64,000 nt of DNA, from NCBI GenBank assembly GCA_021513695.1, contig CP084166.1, positions 2,016,001 through 2,080,000 on the forward strand. Direction: 5' to 3'. The translations under genes and the position numbers were made by a program. Below are positions 9,132 through 23,200 of the stretch, piece after piece; position 1 is the first letter of the stretch; each line of letters starts with the position of its first letter. The notes below the pieces were generated by a model. It saw only the letters and a program-made list of their open reading frames with translations. It had not been told where the DNA came from and made no database searches. This DNA comes from Candidatus Heimdallarchaeum aukensis (GTDB lineage Archaea > Asgardarchaeota > Heimdallarchaeia > Heimdallarchaeales > Heimdallarchaeaceae).

Positions 9132-10514
9132 CTATCTTCTATTTTTTAAAAAACGGAGGAGATTTTTAAGGGAGAAAAGAGAAACAAAGGATAAGGGAGT
9201 AATTACGATTATTAAATACATCATCTGATTCTTAACTAAGGGATTGGTATGATTGTAAAATTCTTCAAGATTAGTTAGACCGTCCCCGTCAAAATCAAGA
9301 TAAGAGTCATTAGTCAAAGGGTCAGAACCATAATGAACTTCCCAACCGTCAGGTAAAAGGTCTCCATCAGTGTCGCTAGACCAAGGATCAGTACCATAAA
9401 CATGATCTTCAAGATAATCCAGAAGGTTATCTCCATCGAAATCGCTCCCACGAGGAAAAGGGTCAAAAGCTTTAGCCGCGCCATCGATAGGGTAAGGTTC
9501 AGAGCCATCAGTATCTGACCAATAGTTGCCAATAGAATAGACGGGGTCAAACCAAGTGTTATTTATCCCATCATCAAAAGCTTGAGAAAGGTTCTTACCT
9601 TGATTGTTCTTGAAAAAAACATTACGAGAGATAAAGTTGTTAGAAGCAGATTTGTAAATATATAGTCCATACTCGCTGTTATTAAAAAAAACATTAGAAG
9701 AAAGGTGATTGTTAGAACCACTTACGGACAAACCACTTCTTCTGCTCTCGGAAATAACGTTATCGGTCACAGTGTTATTATCCCCACCTATTGCTAACCC
9801 ATCATAATTGGTATAAATAATGGTATTATTTGATATGAAGTTATTATGTCCTGAACTAAGAATTCCCCGTTCTCCACTATACAACAAGTAGTTATTAGTA
9901 ATAACGTTAAAACAAGTGTCGGTCATATCAATGCCACTTGCCCATCTAGTGTAAGAAATGTTATTACCGCTAACCAAGTTGTGAGAACCGTAGTGGATAT
10001 CTATTGCCTCCTCGGTGTGAGTGATAAAATTGTTAATAATGACATTATCAGAACTATGTAATGTTATCAATTCGCGTGAATAAGTTTTATTGGTCCCACC
10101 AATAAGAGTGGAGCCTTCAAGATGAAGATGGGCATTATCCCGTGCTCCAATATTCCAAGGACTGTCGGTGTAAGTTAGGATAGTAGTATCATAGATCGCT
10201 AAAGAAGAATTATCATAGGCATAAATACTTAGAGAACCTACTCGATCATGTTCAATAACAATAAAACAGTTACGAAGAATAAGAGAGCCTTCGTCCTTGA
10301 CATCAACTCTGTTGGTAAGTTTAATAAACTCGTTCTCAACTACAGTAGGTTCGGTAATGTTCCAAATACCATCAGGGGGAGGAAAAGAGCCAGAGCTAGA
10401 TGCTGAAGAAGTAACTATCGGACTAAAAGTAGGTGAAAATAACATAATAGAAGAAAAAATCATAAACACAAGTACAAACGAATTCTTTTTCCTTTTTTTT
10501 AGAATAAATATCAT
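9132..10514 (-). CDS. secreted right-handed beta-helix (PbH1/NosD-like) protein with C-terminal thrombospondin-type-3/dockerin-like Ca-binding repeats and a C-terminal hydrophobic anchor
   Basis: 460 aa. N-terminal signal/TM segment. Repeated NNxIxxN / GxxxxGSNN beta-helix rungs. DFDGDNLLD...DTDGDLLPDGWE...DFDGDGLTNLEE repeats of the DxDxDG type. C-terminal TM segment followed by a basic tail. Confidence 0.7.
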   Translation of the reverse strand: MIFILKKRKKNSFVLVFMIFSSIMLFSPTFSPIVTSSASSSGSFPPPDGIWNITEPTVVENEFIKLTNRVDVKDEGSLILRNCFIVIEHDRVGSLSIYAYDNSSLAIYDTTILTYTDSPWNIGARDNAHLHLEGSTLIGGTNKTYSRELITLHSSDNVIINNFITHTEEAIDIHYGSHNLVSGNNISYTRWASGIDMTDTCFNVITNNYLLYSGERGILSSGHNNFISNNTIIYTNYDGLAIGGDNNTVTDNVISESRRSGLSVSGSNNHLSSNVFFNNSEYGLYIYKSASNNFISRNVFFKNNQGKNLSQAFDDGINNTWFDPVYSIGNYWSDTDGSEPYPIDGAAKAFDPFPRGSDFDGDNLLDYLEDHVYGTDPWSSDTDGDLLPDGWEVHYGSDPLTNDSYLDFDGDGLTNLEEFYNHTNPLVKNQMMYLIIVITPLSFVSLFSLKNLLRFLKNRR

Positions 10515-10652
10515 GAATAAATAGACCTTTTTTTATTAATAAATTTTTGTAAATTATTGCTTTACCAGTCATTTAATGTTATAAAACAGTAAATTAAAGT
10601 CACATTATAAAAGAAATAAATGAATTAAGAATAGTAAATTGGTACCTATAAA

Positions 10653-10710
10653 AAACGTCTATAAAAACTATCGACACTTTTGAGAAACGTCTATAAAAAC
10701 TATCGACACT
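10653..10710. repeat. tandem direct repeat, 2 x 26 bp (aaacgtctataaaaactatcgacact) with 32-bp period, containing a TATA-box-like core
   Basis: Copies at 10653..10678 and 10685..10710 are identical. They lie in the 780-bp intergenic region between the beta-helix gene and the giant operon. Confidence 0.8.
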
Positions 10711-11293
10711 AACTCAATTTCTAGCAAAAAATATCTCTTAAAATTATTTATAAAGTGGTAAAAAATTCTCCTGAGTTTAAATACTACCAATAGCTATATA
10801 TATCAGTAATTGACCAAAAAGAAAAAACTTCACACGATACTAAAAAATGTATTTTTATTTAATTAAAAGGCTGAAGAATAAGAAGTGGGATATATATACA
10901 CTGTTAGATAAAAACAACTTACGGGTTATAAAATTAAAGACGAAATAAAGAAAAAGAGAAAAATTTACAGGTATTTATAAATACCATATTGATTTAAATA
11001 AAAAAAGAGATAGTCACATTTTATGAGTCAATATAGTAAGAAATTGGTCAACCCCAAGTACCCAAACACTACTATGTTGACTCATAAATCCTTGAAAAAA
11101 TCAAAGTCAAGGATAACCCAGAAAGAAAAAATTGACTCATGTTGCTTTTTAGCAAACTTTTTTTCAATGACAGATCTGGGTGAAAAAAGGAAAGTGAAGA
11201 TTTTTTCACTTTCCACACTCTCCTTTAAGTTTATTTTCAAGCATAATAGTGCTTCTTTTTGTTCTCTTTCAAAAAAAATAAAGGTGGATAAGA

Positions 11294-14200
11294 ATGGAGA
11301 AAATAAAGATAAAGAAAAAATTAACAATTTATTCAATTTTAATAATATTAATATTCTCTAATTTAAGTGGATTGAATTTTAAATTTTTGCAAGCAGAAAA
11401 TGGAGATCAAAGTCCTCCATCTATACTCAGAGTAACACAGTTTCCTGAAGTTCCTACCCAATTCGATGGAGTGGTAGTCTATGTAGAAGTGGAAGACGAA
11501 ACAGGGTTCAGTTCTATATATTTGATGTACGAAAGGAATAATAACTTAACATCCATACCAATGAAGTATTTACCCAATTATTATGGGAATGGAACATGTT
11601 TTTACGCTTCTCTTCCTTCTTTTTCTGCAGGAACTAAAATAACTTATTTTATCGAAGTGACTGATTCGAGTGAGAATCAGAATATTGCACACTCACTAAA
11701 ATATGATTATGTGGTGGTGAGTGACGGAATACCAAAAATACAGTTATTAAACGAACCAAAATTTCTGTATTTAGGAGATGAATATAAATTCCAGTTTACA
11801 ATTTATGATGAGGATAATATTTCTCTTCAAGATACAGGGATTGATCCACCTTTATTATATTACAGAACAGAAAGAGTAGAAGGAACACAACAAGTAGTTT
11901 ATAATTCCACAACAGGGGTATTTGAAAGCGTTTTACCTTCTGTGAATCTACTAGATGGAGAAATGAGTGAAGGAGAAAATATAGAGGTGTGGGTAGGAGC
12001 TTATGATAAAAGTCCTGCACACCAGTATGGGGAGAGCAAACATTTGCAGTTACCTGTCATTAACGAGAAACCTTACATTTATGGCGTAGATAGGTATCCA
12101 TATATTCCTTTGTATAATGAAAGTTTCAATTTAACCACAACAATCTATTATAGAGAAAATATAGGTATGAATATCACGCAAGTATCAGCAACTATAAACC
12201 GATATGATGAGGTTACACAAAAAATTACAAAACAAAGTTATATTTTAACCCAAAGTGAATATTCAAAATTTGTATTTACAGGAATAATAGAATCGATTGG
12301 GTATATAGACAATATAGAATTGAAAATAAATTGTAAGTACACTTCAGATTACCAAATAGAAGAAGCAGAAGTAGAAAAACAAGAAAAAAGTTTTAGAGTA
12401 AGAGATTGCGAAGCGCCAACAATATTAGAAAGTGGATTTAGCAACGGGGTATCAACATTAAAAGAAGGAGAAGAAGTAAAAATCTATGCTAATGTACTTG
12501 ATCGTTTGAATACAAAAGATGTCACTGCAATAATTACTGAAGAGTATAAATCAGGATTGCAACTTATTCGTTCATCAAAGGAATATTTCCAGAAAATGGG
12601 TTATTATGGAGATGACGGGATAAGTTTTATTCAACAGATGAGTATTGATCAGAGTATAAGTGGAGATTTTTATTTTGATGGATTAGTTCTAAAAGAAGAA
12701 TATGTTAGTGCAGTGAGAAAAGAAGCAGCAAGTGAAACATTAGTTATTTACGCGGTAGAAGGAAAAAATGAATTATTTATCAAGATTATCAACCCAGAAG
12801 GGTTTGTTCCTTTAAGTTATAATCAGTTGGTTATACAAGCAAAAGCTATAGGACAAGATATTCTTTTAGCAGGAGTATACACTGATTTAGGAGAAACAGT
12901 TGTTTGGAATGAAACAGTAGGAGAGTATGTTTACGATAATGTACTGCCTATAGACAAGGTTTTTACTATAGATGAATACGGAACAGCTTGTTTATACAAT
13001 CTTCAAAATATGGACGATATTACAAATGCGATATGGATAAAATTCGTTCCTGCTGAAGGAGGAAATTTTAGTTCATCTGATGGTTTAAGTATTGATAATA
13101 TTAGATTGTTTAGTATAAATACTTTAAATGGCGAGAGAATAGACTCTTATCATCAAGAAATAAATCATGATTTTGTTGAATACTATGGCTATTATCAAGC
13201 TAAAAAGGTTGATCAATTAATAACTTTCTATATCCAAGCGAGCGACGGAATAAATATCCAAACCCAAAATAATGAGGAAACAATAATAGTAACTGATGGT
13301 AGACCTCCAACATTTGCCATCAAACAAATTTCTGGAGTGGATATAGGTGATATTGAAATCAACTTTAGCATGGCTATCACTGATTATTCTATAATAGATC
13401 CAACTGATGCAGTAAATGTTCGTTTTCATTACAAGATTAACGGATTAGAAGAAATAAGTGCGAACTTAACAGTTGAGAATAACTGGGACGATAAAGGAAA
13501 AGTGTGGGTGTATAGGCTTGACACTACAACAAATTTAAATTTCAACGATATGTGGAAATATTGGTTCAGTGCAGAAGATCCTTGTGGTAATCGTGGAGAA
13601 AGTAAACATTACTCTTTTGTTGTAGAAGAAAATAGTGCACCTACAATATCTTTAACTTGTCAGACCGTTACATATAATGGAGAAGAAAAAACAGTTGTTG
13701 ATCCTGCAGGGGCAGAAATAGGAATATCTGGAGAATATTTAGACATAAACATGGATATAACAGAGAATGAAGGAGGAAGTGGAATAAAACTTATCCAGCT
13801 ATATTGGTATACTTCTTCTCATGAATCAAATTGCTGGAGTTCGGAAGTATATAGTTTTATGTCTAGCTATTCTATCACTAATTTAACTGTAGCAGAAAAA
13901 ATGATACATAATTTCGATAAAGTAGGTATACTTTATTATTATGCACAAGTAATTGATCATGCAGGAAACATTTATCAAACACCAGAATATCAAGTACAGC
14001 TAATAGATAATGTAAATCCTATAATAAAAATCAACTCTGAATATAATAGTCCAAATGGGTTGTATAATGTCGACAATTCGTATGGTGATATAAGCTATAA
14101 TGAAGATGCATATATCACTTTAGAAATAGAAGATGCATCTACTATAACTAACCTAATTTTGGAGGCAGAAACATCTCAAGGTACCTTTGTAGGAGAAGTG

Positions 14201-17200
14201 GTATGGGACGAATATTATCATGATTGGACATTACAACATTATCAGATTAAAATAAATAAAGCGTGGGAAGTAGGAGAAAATATCAATCTAAAGATTACAG
14301 CGGTAGATTCTTTTGGAAATGCACTAAATAATATTTTTTTGGGTACAGAATACATTGTAGACAAACTTCCTCCTGTTTTACTCTCCTATTCGGATAATAA
14401 TTATGAACTGGGGGGAGGAGAAATAACTATTTCTTATCAAGTTAAGGATATAGGAAGTGTTGTAGCTTACCTTTATTATAATTTCAATTCTTCAGTGGAA
14501 ACACCCTCAACTGAAAATGCTACTCTTTCAGATTTTCAAGTAGCTGTAATGGATCTTGAATCAATAGATAATACGAAATATGCTCCTTATACTGAATGGT
14601 CATTTACCAAAACATTATCTCTGCCATCGGGAATATTATATCCTGCGGTATCAATATATTTTGTAGCATTAGATGAATATAATAACAGTTTAACATGTAT
14701 TGGAGGAAAAGCATATTCCCTACCTAATTTTGATATAGAAACAAGTATTTATACTCCTCGTATTGAATCATATAAAAAACTTGCTGATAAATTTGGAGAT
14801 TTTAGAGAATACCCCAGAGATAACGTAGATAAAAGATGGGTGGGAGAAACAGAAACAACTATAATTTCCTATGATTTTAGTGTAGAAGAAAATTTTTCTA
14901 TAAACTACGCTCATCCTTATGGAGATAGATTTGCAAAAAGTGTAGTAGATTTTTACACTCATTATTGTGAAAATAGTTTCTATGCTCTTGGAGCACCAGA
15001 TGGAAACATGGCAGAAGTTACTGGAAGTATACGTTTAGACATGGGGCATGAAGGAATAATAGTAAGTAAGCCTGGAGATGGAGCAGATTTCACAGTTTAT
15101 GGAGGGTCAGGACAATATCAAGTATTAGTATTTAACTCGTGGTTTCCTATGGAAGAATATCATTATCTAGGAACAGGAACGGGTATAACTTCTTGGGACT
15201 TAGAAGATGAAGGGTTAGATAAAGCACGATATGTAGAAATATGGAGTGAAACCGTAGAGGATGACATTCCAGTATATATTGATGCAATAGAAGCAATACA
15301 TTGTGATGGAGATAGTTTCACTGCTCAAGAATGGCAGAATGCAGAAGAAAATAATGGAATTCCAGCAAATATAGAAGATAAGCAACTTTCAATGTATTAC
15401 CATGGATATAATGAAAATAATGAAATATTAGAAATCACAGCCAATCCTGAATTTTATGACTACTTATATTTACCCCTATGGATGAATACTTATCTCCCTC
15501 AAATAAAACTGTCAATCAATTTTGTACAGCAACCTTATTCTGTTGATCTTTTTGCGGTAGATAATATGGCAAGAGATACTCTGATGCAAAATGGAAGTTA
15601 TGTGCATCTAGGAAAAATAGATGGCTCAGGAGTGTATTATTTTGCATGTTCATACCCTAATAGATACACAGGTGTGTTGTTTAAAATAAGACATAACTGG
15701 GCAAGAATAACGAGCGAACTTGTGCAAATGTACAATTATGAATTTACGCTTGATTATATTAAATTATTTGGCATTTTTTATAGAATAGAAGAATTATCAG
15801 GACCAAATTATTTGGAATTCGAAAAAATGTATGAAAAAAATAGCGGGAGAAATCCTGACCCTCTATTTTTGCAAATGGAAAATTATAATGGTGAAAATCA
15901 GAAAAGTGCAAGTATAGGTAATATCACAGAGGAAATATGGTATGATGCAATTAATGAATTGGAAGTTTTTTATGGTACAAAGGGAGAATGGTTTTATCTT
16001 GCAATTGATAGAGCAAGTGAGAAACCTAATAATTCCATTGTTACAGATGTTCAAATTGTTTATGTAGACGGAGAAAGATTATATTGGAAGAGTGCATACA
16101 ATAACCAAAAAAGAATAGCTTTAATTTTTGACACTTTAGAATTCTATGAAACTTATGGAGTGAGTAATTACTTTTACATTATGTCGAATGCAACGATTGA
16201 TGGAGATGGATTTACAGCTTATTATTATTCTTTTTATTCTAATAATGAATTGTTACAAGGGTTCAACTATGAAGGGATACCTCAGGCAGATTTCAGGACA
16301 GGTGATGCACTTAACCCCACTCTTGAAGATACAAGTTACGATTCTCCATGGTGGAATAACCCATTAGATTTTACCTCTCTCCATTCAGATAAACACGGGT
16401 GTATAGTCGTACAAATCCAAGAAAATCAATCTGGTAATCTTGATCATCTAAATTTTGAAGGATATTACTCCTTCTTGTTGGATGATCTCTATCTTGGTGG
16501 AGAAGAATTACATGAAAATAGAATCGGTTATCTCCCTATACATATAGAAGGATTTAGCTACTATAATGGAATAATGAACGGTTTTTATATTACTGACGAT
16601 ATTCACCCCAAACTAAGATTACAGACATCTATCGAGAATCTTTATTCTCATCCCTTAGAATTAAAGTATGTTCTTCCTGTCGCATTTATTGATTATGGAG
16701 AAGGGTGGTTACCCAGAGAAATAGAAAATTATGATAATAGCTACTTAGCTAATGAAAGATATAGATGGATTGAGGTAGAATTTCACAATAAGATTCAATA
16801 TGATATTACAGAACTAAATAATGATTCATGCACGCTTTGGCAGAAAGTGTTTGACTCTCAATCAAATGAGATTTATTTTGAAGAGAGCTATACTCATTAT
16901 AAGAGTAAAAATGTAGATAATGAATTTACTAAAAGTTTCTCCCACATAATCCCTGAATCAGAAGCTATTTTTCCAAGTTCTTATCAGTACTTTACTTATA
17001 GAGCAAGTTTAAACTATGTAGGAAGTATTTCTTCTTCCGATTACATACAAGTTGATTCACCAGAGTTTAGAATAGGAAATACAAAAAAAGAAGATTCAAA
17101 TATCAATGAACAATATGAAAGAGCGAAAGATGGAAACAGATTCTATTATTTCCTTCCATATGAGAGTGATACAAATTCTATTGCATTTGTGAATATCTCA

Positions 17201-20200
17201 TCTAAAACTATAAGATTTGACGATGAAGCTTGTACTCCAAGTAACATAATAGACAAGATAAACATAAAAGCTCGTTTATCTCTCGATATAGGGGAAAGTA
17301 TAGAAAAAGTTTCAATTTACAAAATATACGCAATAGATATTGAAAATAAAGAACATGTTCTATACTTATCAAATGATGATGAATACTATTTCGATTATAC
17401 AAGTGATCTAAATTATGAAATAGAATTAAATATTTCAGCAGATTCAGCGTATTTCTATATAATAAAAGAGTTTAAAGTAGAATTTAAAATAAAAACCTTT
17501 ACACAAAGTGCTCAAAATGTATTAGAAATATGTTTTGCAGAGTTGAAAGTTATCACTGATGAATTTTTACCATATGATGTCACCTATCCAAAGGATACAT
17601 CACCTCCTTCAATCAATCTAATTCCTGTCTCTCCTCTGAGTCTAGAAAATAGCACTTGGACGTTTTTATACTCTGCAGAAGATTATTCTGGATTGAAAAA
17701 TAATCAGTTCCAATATCGTATAAAATATGATTGGGGAGGAATAGATGATCAAGGTATAGTATATACTAAATCCGATAGTTATTCAGAATACATGGTTTTT
17801 GATCTTGGAGATATTTTTAATATTTATAGCCCTAGCCCTCAAATTGAGGGGGATGTTACCTATTACGCAAAGCGAATATGGATAGAAATTTATGCTGTGG
17901 ATGGTTCAATATGGGAAAATGAATATATCTATGAAAAAACATGGCAGATAGATGATGGTATCAATCCTTGGATAGAACAACAATTTAATTATCTTATTGT
18001 GCAAATGTACAATAATAGTCAGCTGATCTGGACAGAAGCGAAAGATATAGCAGGAGTAAATACAGTTGAACTCATAATAGTAAATATCGAAGATTTTCAT
18101 CATAATATTTATCAAATTAATGATATTTACACATTAAACAAAATTAACAATAGATGGTATTTAGGAGATGGTTTAACTCCATTTAGTTTTTACAAATATG
18201 GAGACGAGGAAATCATACCTTACAAAGTAAATTACTATTACACCATTCATGCAGAAGATGGAAAAGTATGGGATTCAGAAATATTTACTCTTCAATATAA
18301 GGATGGAATAGCTCCCAGCTACTATACTCACTCAATAGAAGCTTATACCGACGCAGAAGATGTGATAATTGAGATATGGACGTATGATGAGATATTTACT
18401 AGCGATGAACTAAATGTTTCAGCAGAATATTGTCAATCTATTTATGAGAATTTTGAATGGACAAATAATGGAACAATATATTATGAGAGTTTCAGTTTGC
18501 AAACTGATGGAGAAATAATTCACAATGGAGAAACGTACTATAGATATAAACTAGTTATTCCTCATGATAGAATTGAAGCAGGGTACGGAATAGTAGGAAA
18601 AATAATTGTTTCAGATCTAGCATCAATACCTAATGTTTTTACTATTCCCATAGAATTACAATTATATGACTCGAGAATAGTATTAGGAACGCCTTATCTT
18701 AATCCTACTCCGGATCAAAATGGCTATGTTCATTTTCTTTCTGATTTATCCCTATCAGTTACTATCATTGAATCGTATTATCCTACTCCTGTCGTATGGG
18801 CAGACGTGTATGTCAATAACGTTTACTCTACTACATTGAATCTGGGAACAGGAGATTATGTTACATACGTTTATGGTTCATTTGACTATAATACCTTAGG
18901 AGCAACATTACAAGATGAAGTAAGATTAGAGTTACATGCTTCAGCAACTATTAACACAGAAACAGTGAATGAAGAAGAAACAAGAATAATAGATTTCGTT
19001 TATTGGGACATTGTTCCTCCCGAGATTACCTATGTTTCTTCTATTCCTGCAAGAATGAACCCTGCAGAATTTACATTTAAGGTAAAAGAAGATATTAGGA
19101 CTATTATTCCTGGGTTAATTACAATCGAATATTCTCCCTATAATCAAAACAATTGGAATCCGTGTAGTGTGGATTATACTGAATCTTTGGGAAATGGAGA
19201 ATGGTTAGTTAATGCTTCGTTCGACAGTTCAAGCATGTCCGCAGGAGAAATATATGATTTTAATATAACAGTAACGGATTATTATAGTGTTACAAACTTA
19301 ATAGTCAGTCGAACTTTGACAGATATTACAGCTCCCACGGTTTTATTCAATTCTCCCTCCTCTCCAGGATACAGTCAAGATATTACAGTGGAAGCAGTTT
19401 TGGTCGATGATTCGGCAGTGGATACAGAAAACGTGTATATTAACTACAAGAACGAAAATGGAGAATGGGTATATACAACAAATTTCAGCAACGAACAAAA
19501 AATGATCTATGATGCTAATACTAACTCTTTCCACTTTACACTAGTATCAGAAAATCATCAAGCTCCTTACGCTATGCTGATAAAAATATGGTGTCAAGAT
19601 GAATATGCTAATTCACATTGGTCAGAATTCACAATATCTCTAGAAGATGACACTCCACCACTTATTATGAATGATGAAGTGTTAGTGAATATAGATAACA
19701 TCAATGAAATTACAGCGGTAGCAGATACTGAAATTGTCATAAGAGCAAGAGATGCTTGGTCAGAAATAAGAGAAACAGAAGTTCAAGTGTATAAAGAAGT
19801 AGGTACTGATAGCTGGGAACTAATAGCTGTTATTCTTCTTTCTCCAGACAGTAGTAGAGATGAAGGAATATTTAAGGGATATAGTGGAATATTAAATAGA
19901 GAAACACTTGAAACAAACAATGTTGTAACAGGAACTCGGTTGAAATTTATTCCTTGGTTTGTCGATGATAAAGGAAATGAAGTCGATACTTTGGAAGTTA
20001 CAAGGACGGTAATTGAAGGAAAGCCTGAAATAAAATCAGTAACTATGAATCCTTCCCCTAGTTCATATCTTCCTTATAATTCTACAGTAAATATAGAAGT
20101 TAACGCCACTTGCGTTTATGGTGTAGAGGACGTTAAATTAGATATATATATTGATGAAGTGTTGAAGATAGCTGATTATTCTTTCACTTTTGATTCTGGA

Positions 20201-23200
20201 ACAAACACATGGAAAACAGTTTTGCCAGACTTAAGTCAGTATGCAAGACAAAATGTAAAATTGATGATTTATTCGTATACAACTCCACCAGGAGAAAATA
20301 GTCTTTCTTCTTCTCCTGAAATCATAGAATATTATCTGAAAGACATCTATGCCCCAGTTTATCTTGAAAATAATATTCCCTTACTTTTTGCTGAACAATC
20401 TAATAATAAAGTATGGTTTGCTGTTTATGAAGATATAACGATATTAGCAGAAACAAACATTGCTGTAAAATTCAAAAAACATGGTATTATATCCACATAT
20501 TATGCTACAATTAATAGTATAACAAACTATTATGATGGCGATTGCAAGAAATACAAAATAGAGGCTACCTTAGATGATTTAATCAATTTTAGTGCGGGAG
20601 AAAATATAGATATAATTCTTGAGGTAACAGATGATGAAGGTAACCTTTTATCTCAGACTTTTGATGGCAGTTATGGTACAGGAATAACACTTATAGAATC
20701 TAACCCTCCAACTATAACTGTAGAATCTTCTTTTACTTCTTCTCAAGAAGAAGGTGTGGATTATGAAATAGGGTATAACGAAGATCTGATATTTGATTTT
20801 AGTTTAAATGACGTCTCTGGTGTAGATGTGGGAAGTGTAGCTTACAGTTATACAATTATTGATCCTTCTTCTTCATTTTCTCCCTCTGGAACAAATCCTT
20901 TTTCTTTTACAATAGGAAGTACGAATTATGATTACAATGCGTTAATTACAATAAACATTAATGCACAAGATATTCATGGTTTTGGTTCTTCTTTTCTTTA
21001 TCGTTTTAGAACAATAGATAATGTTCTTCCTTCGGATATTGTCTTTACAAGTGGGTTAAGTTCTACGATAGAAGTAGATTCACCCTATTCCTTTAGTTTT
21101 AGAGGAATAGATGAAATAACCCCTAACAAAAACATTGAATGTAAATATCGTTTGTCTTATGATGGGGGTTCAACTTGGACAAGTTACACCGTCTTAGATA
21201 CTTCTTCTTATGACTCTGCTAATGATGAGTGGGATGTTACAATTGGAGCTTATTCTGATTTGAGAACTGTAACTGTAGAAGTAGTTGTTACTGACCAAAG
21301 TGCCAATAGCAGAAGTGAAACTTTCTCATATACAGTTATAGATACTTTAGTTCCTGATATTACATGGGATAATGCACCCACGAGTTATGGTGATAACTCT
21401 GATTTGTGGTTTAGCGCATTTATCACTGACAATATAGCCGTAGATGAGAGTAGTATAGACTTTTATTATGTTAAACAAGGAGATTCTACAGTTTATCATT
21501 TAAGCTATGAAACAGATCCTTTACTTACAAATCTCTATAAAGCAAAAATACCTAACAGTGCTCTATCATGGCAAAATGTTGTTACTTATTATGTTTATGC
21601 AGAAGATAGTTCTGGTAATAGTTTAGAGATTTCTAAAACCGTAACAATAAATATTGATGAAAAAAAACCTATTATAAATTATTTTGATTATGGAGCTGAA
21701 AACACATTTTACTATTATGACTATTCAGTTGATGTTATAAAAGATTCTTGGGATTTCGAAGATGATACTGATGGGTGGGCAGATGCAGGAATATATTCTA
21801 GCCAACGGTATGTGAATGAATATGGAAATTTGATTGTGAGAGTAGACTCTGGAACAAGATACTATTTTGGTACATATTATTATGAATATACTCACCCTAT
21901 CAACATGGTAGATACTTCTTATCGTGTTTTCCGAATATCTTGGCGAGTAAACCATGTTCCCTCTGGAGCAAGCGTTAGAATGTGTGTGGGTGTTAGTTCT
22001 TCTGGTAATGGAGAAAACTTCTGGGATCATGATACTTGGAGATACTCTTCATGGTATTCAGATACAAATTGGCATACAAGTGTTTTCTACTTTGATTCTT
22101 TTGATTCTTCAACTGACGGGAGAAACATACAAAAAATACGTTTACACGTTGCTTCTAGTTCCAGTAGCGCAACTTTTACTCCAAGTACAGATTATTGGGC
22201 ATGTCAATATATTAATCTTTACGCACATGAAAATAAACCTTCCTTTGATAGGAGTGGAGCAATATATGTTACAGTAGACGACAACTCTGATTTATCTTCG
22301 GTAAAAGCGTATGTCAAACGTAGTGATCAGTCTTCTTGGCAAGGAGGATGGACTTTAACAAATTATATGACAAATAGATGGTATATTTACGCTAATGAGA
22401 TGTATTTTATTTGGTATTCTTCTTCAAGTTGGTATGATATCAAAGTCGTTGCAACAGATAGCAACTCCAACACTGAAACAGTCACTTTTACACAAAAAAT
22501 ACAAACCTTAGATATGAGATGGCCATCTATCACCAGTATCTCTTCTGATGACTACAATATTTACAATGACGAGTATTGTTATATTACTGTAAATACTTAC
22601 GACCCTGGTGACCCTTGGAATGGAGATCAAGGAGCATCAAGAATCTATTACTCTACTAATGTCGACTTCTATTATAAAGCATCTAGTCAGTCATACTGGA
22701 CACACTTTTCAACCAACTATTTTTCCGAAAGTGGAAAGTATGCAAATGCCAAATTCTCCGCTGCAAGTTCTTTTCCAGATCAAGATATACAGTTTAAGGC
22801 AATAGTTACGGACAGAGCAGGAAACTCTATTACTAGCAGTATTATTACCGTTCATGTAACTAAACGTCATAATGCTCCTGTTGTTGTTAGTAGATGGGAT
22901 TCAGGATATGATCAAACAAAAGCTAACGATTATTTCTATGCTCGAGCACATATTACTTGTGATACCGATGATATTTCTTCTGTTGACATACGTTATGGTC
23001 CTTCGACCTCTTCTTACACAACTTTGTCAGGTGGAGCTTCTAAATATTCGGGAACTTTAAGAGATGGTTACTGGCAGAAAGGTCTTTATGGTGGTGATAC
23101 AATAGGAGAAAGAGTTTACTTCAGTTTTAGAGCAAAAAGCGTCGCAGGGGTTACAGGTAGTTGGAGTAGCTGGGACTATGTAGAATATAAAGGGATTTTA

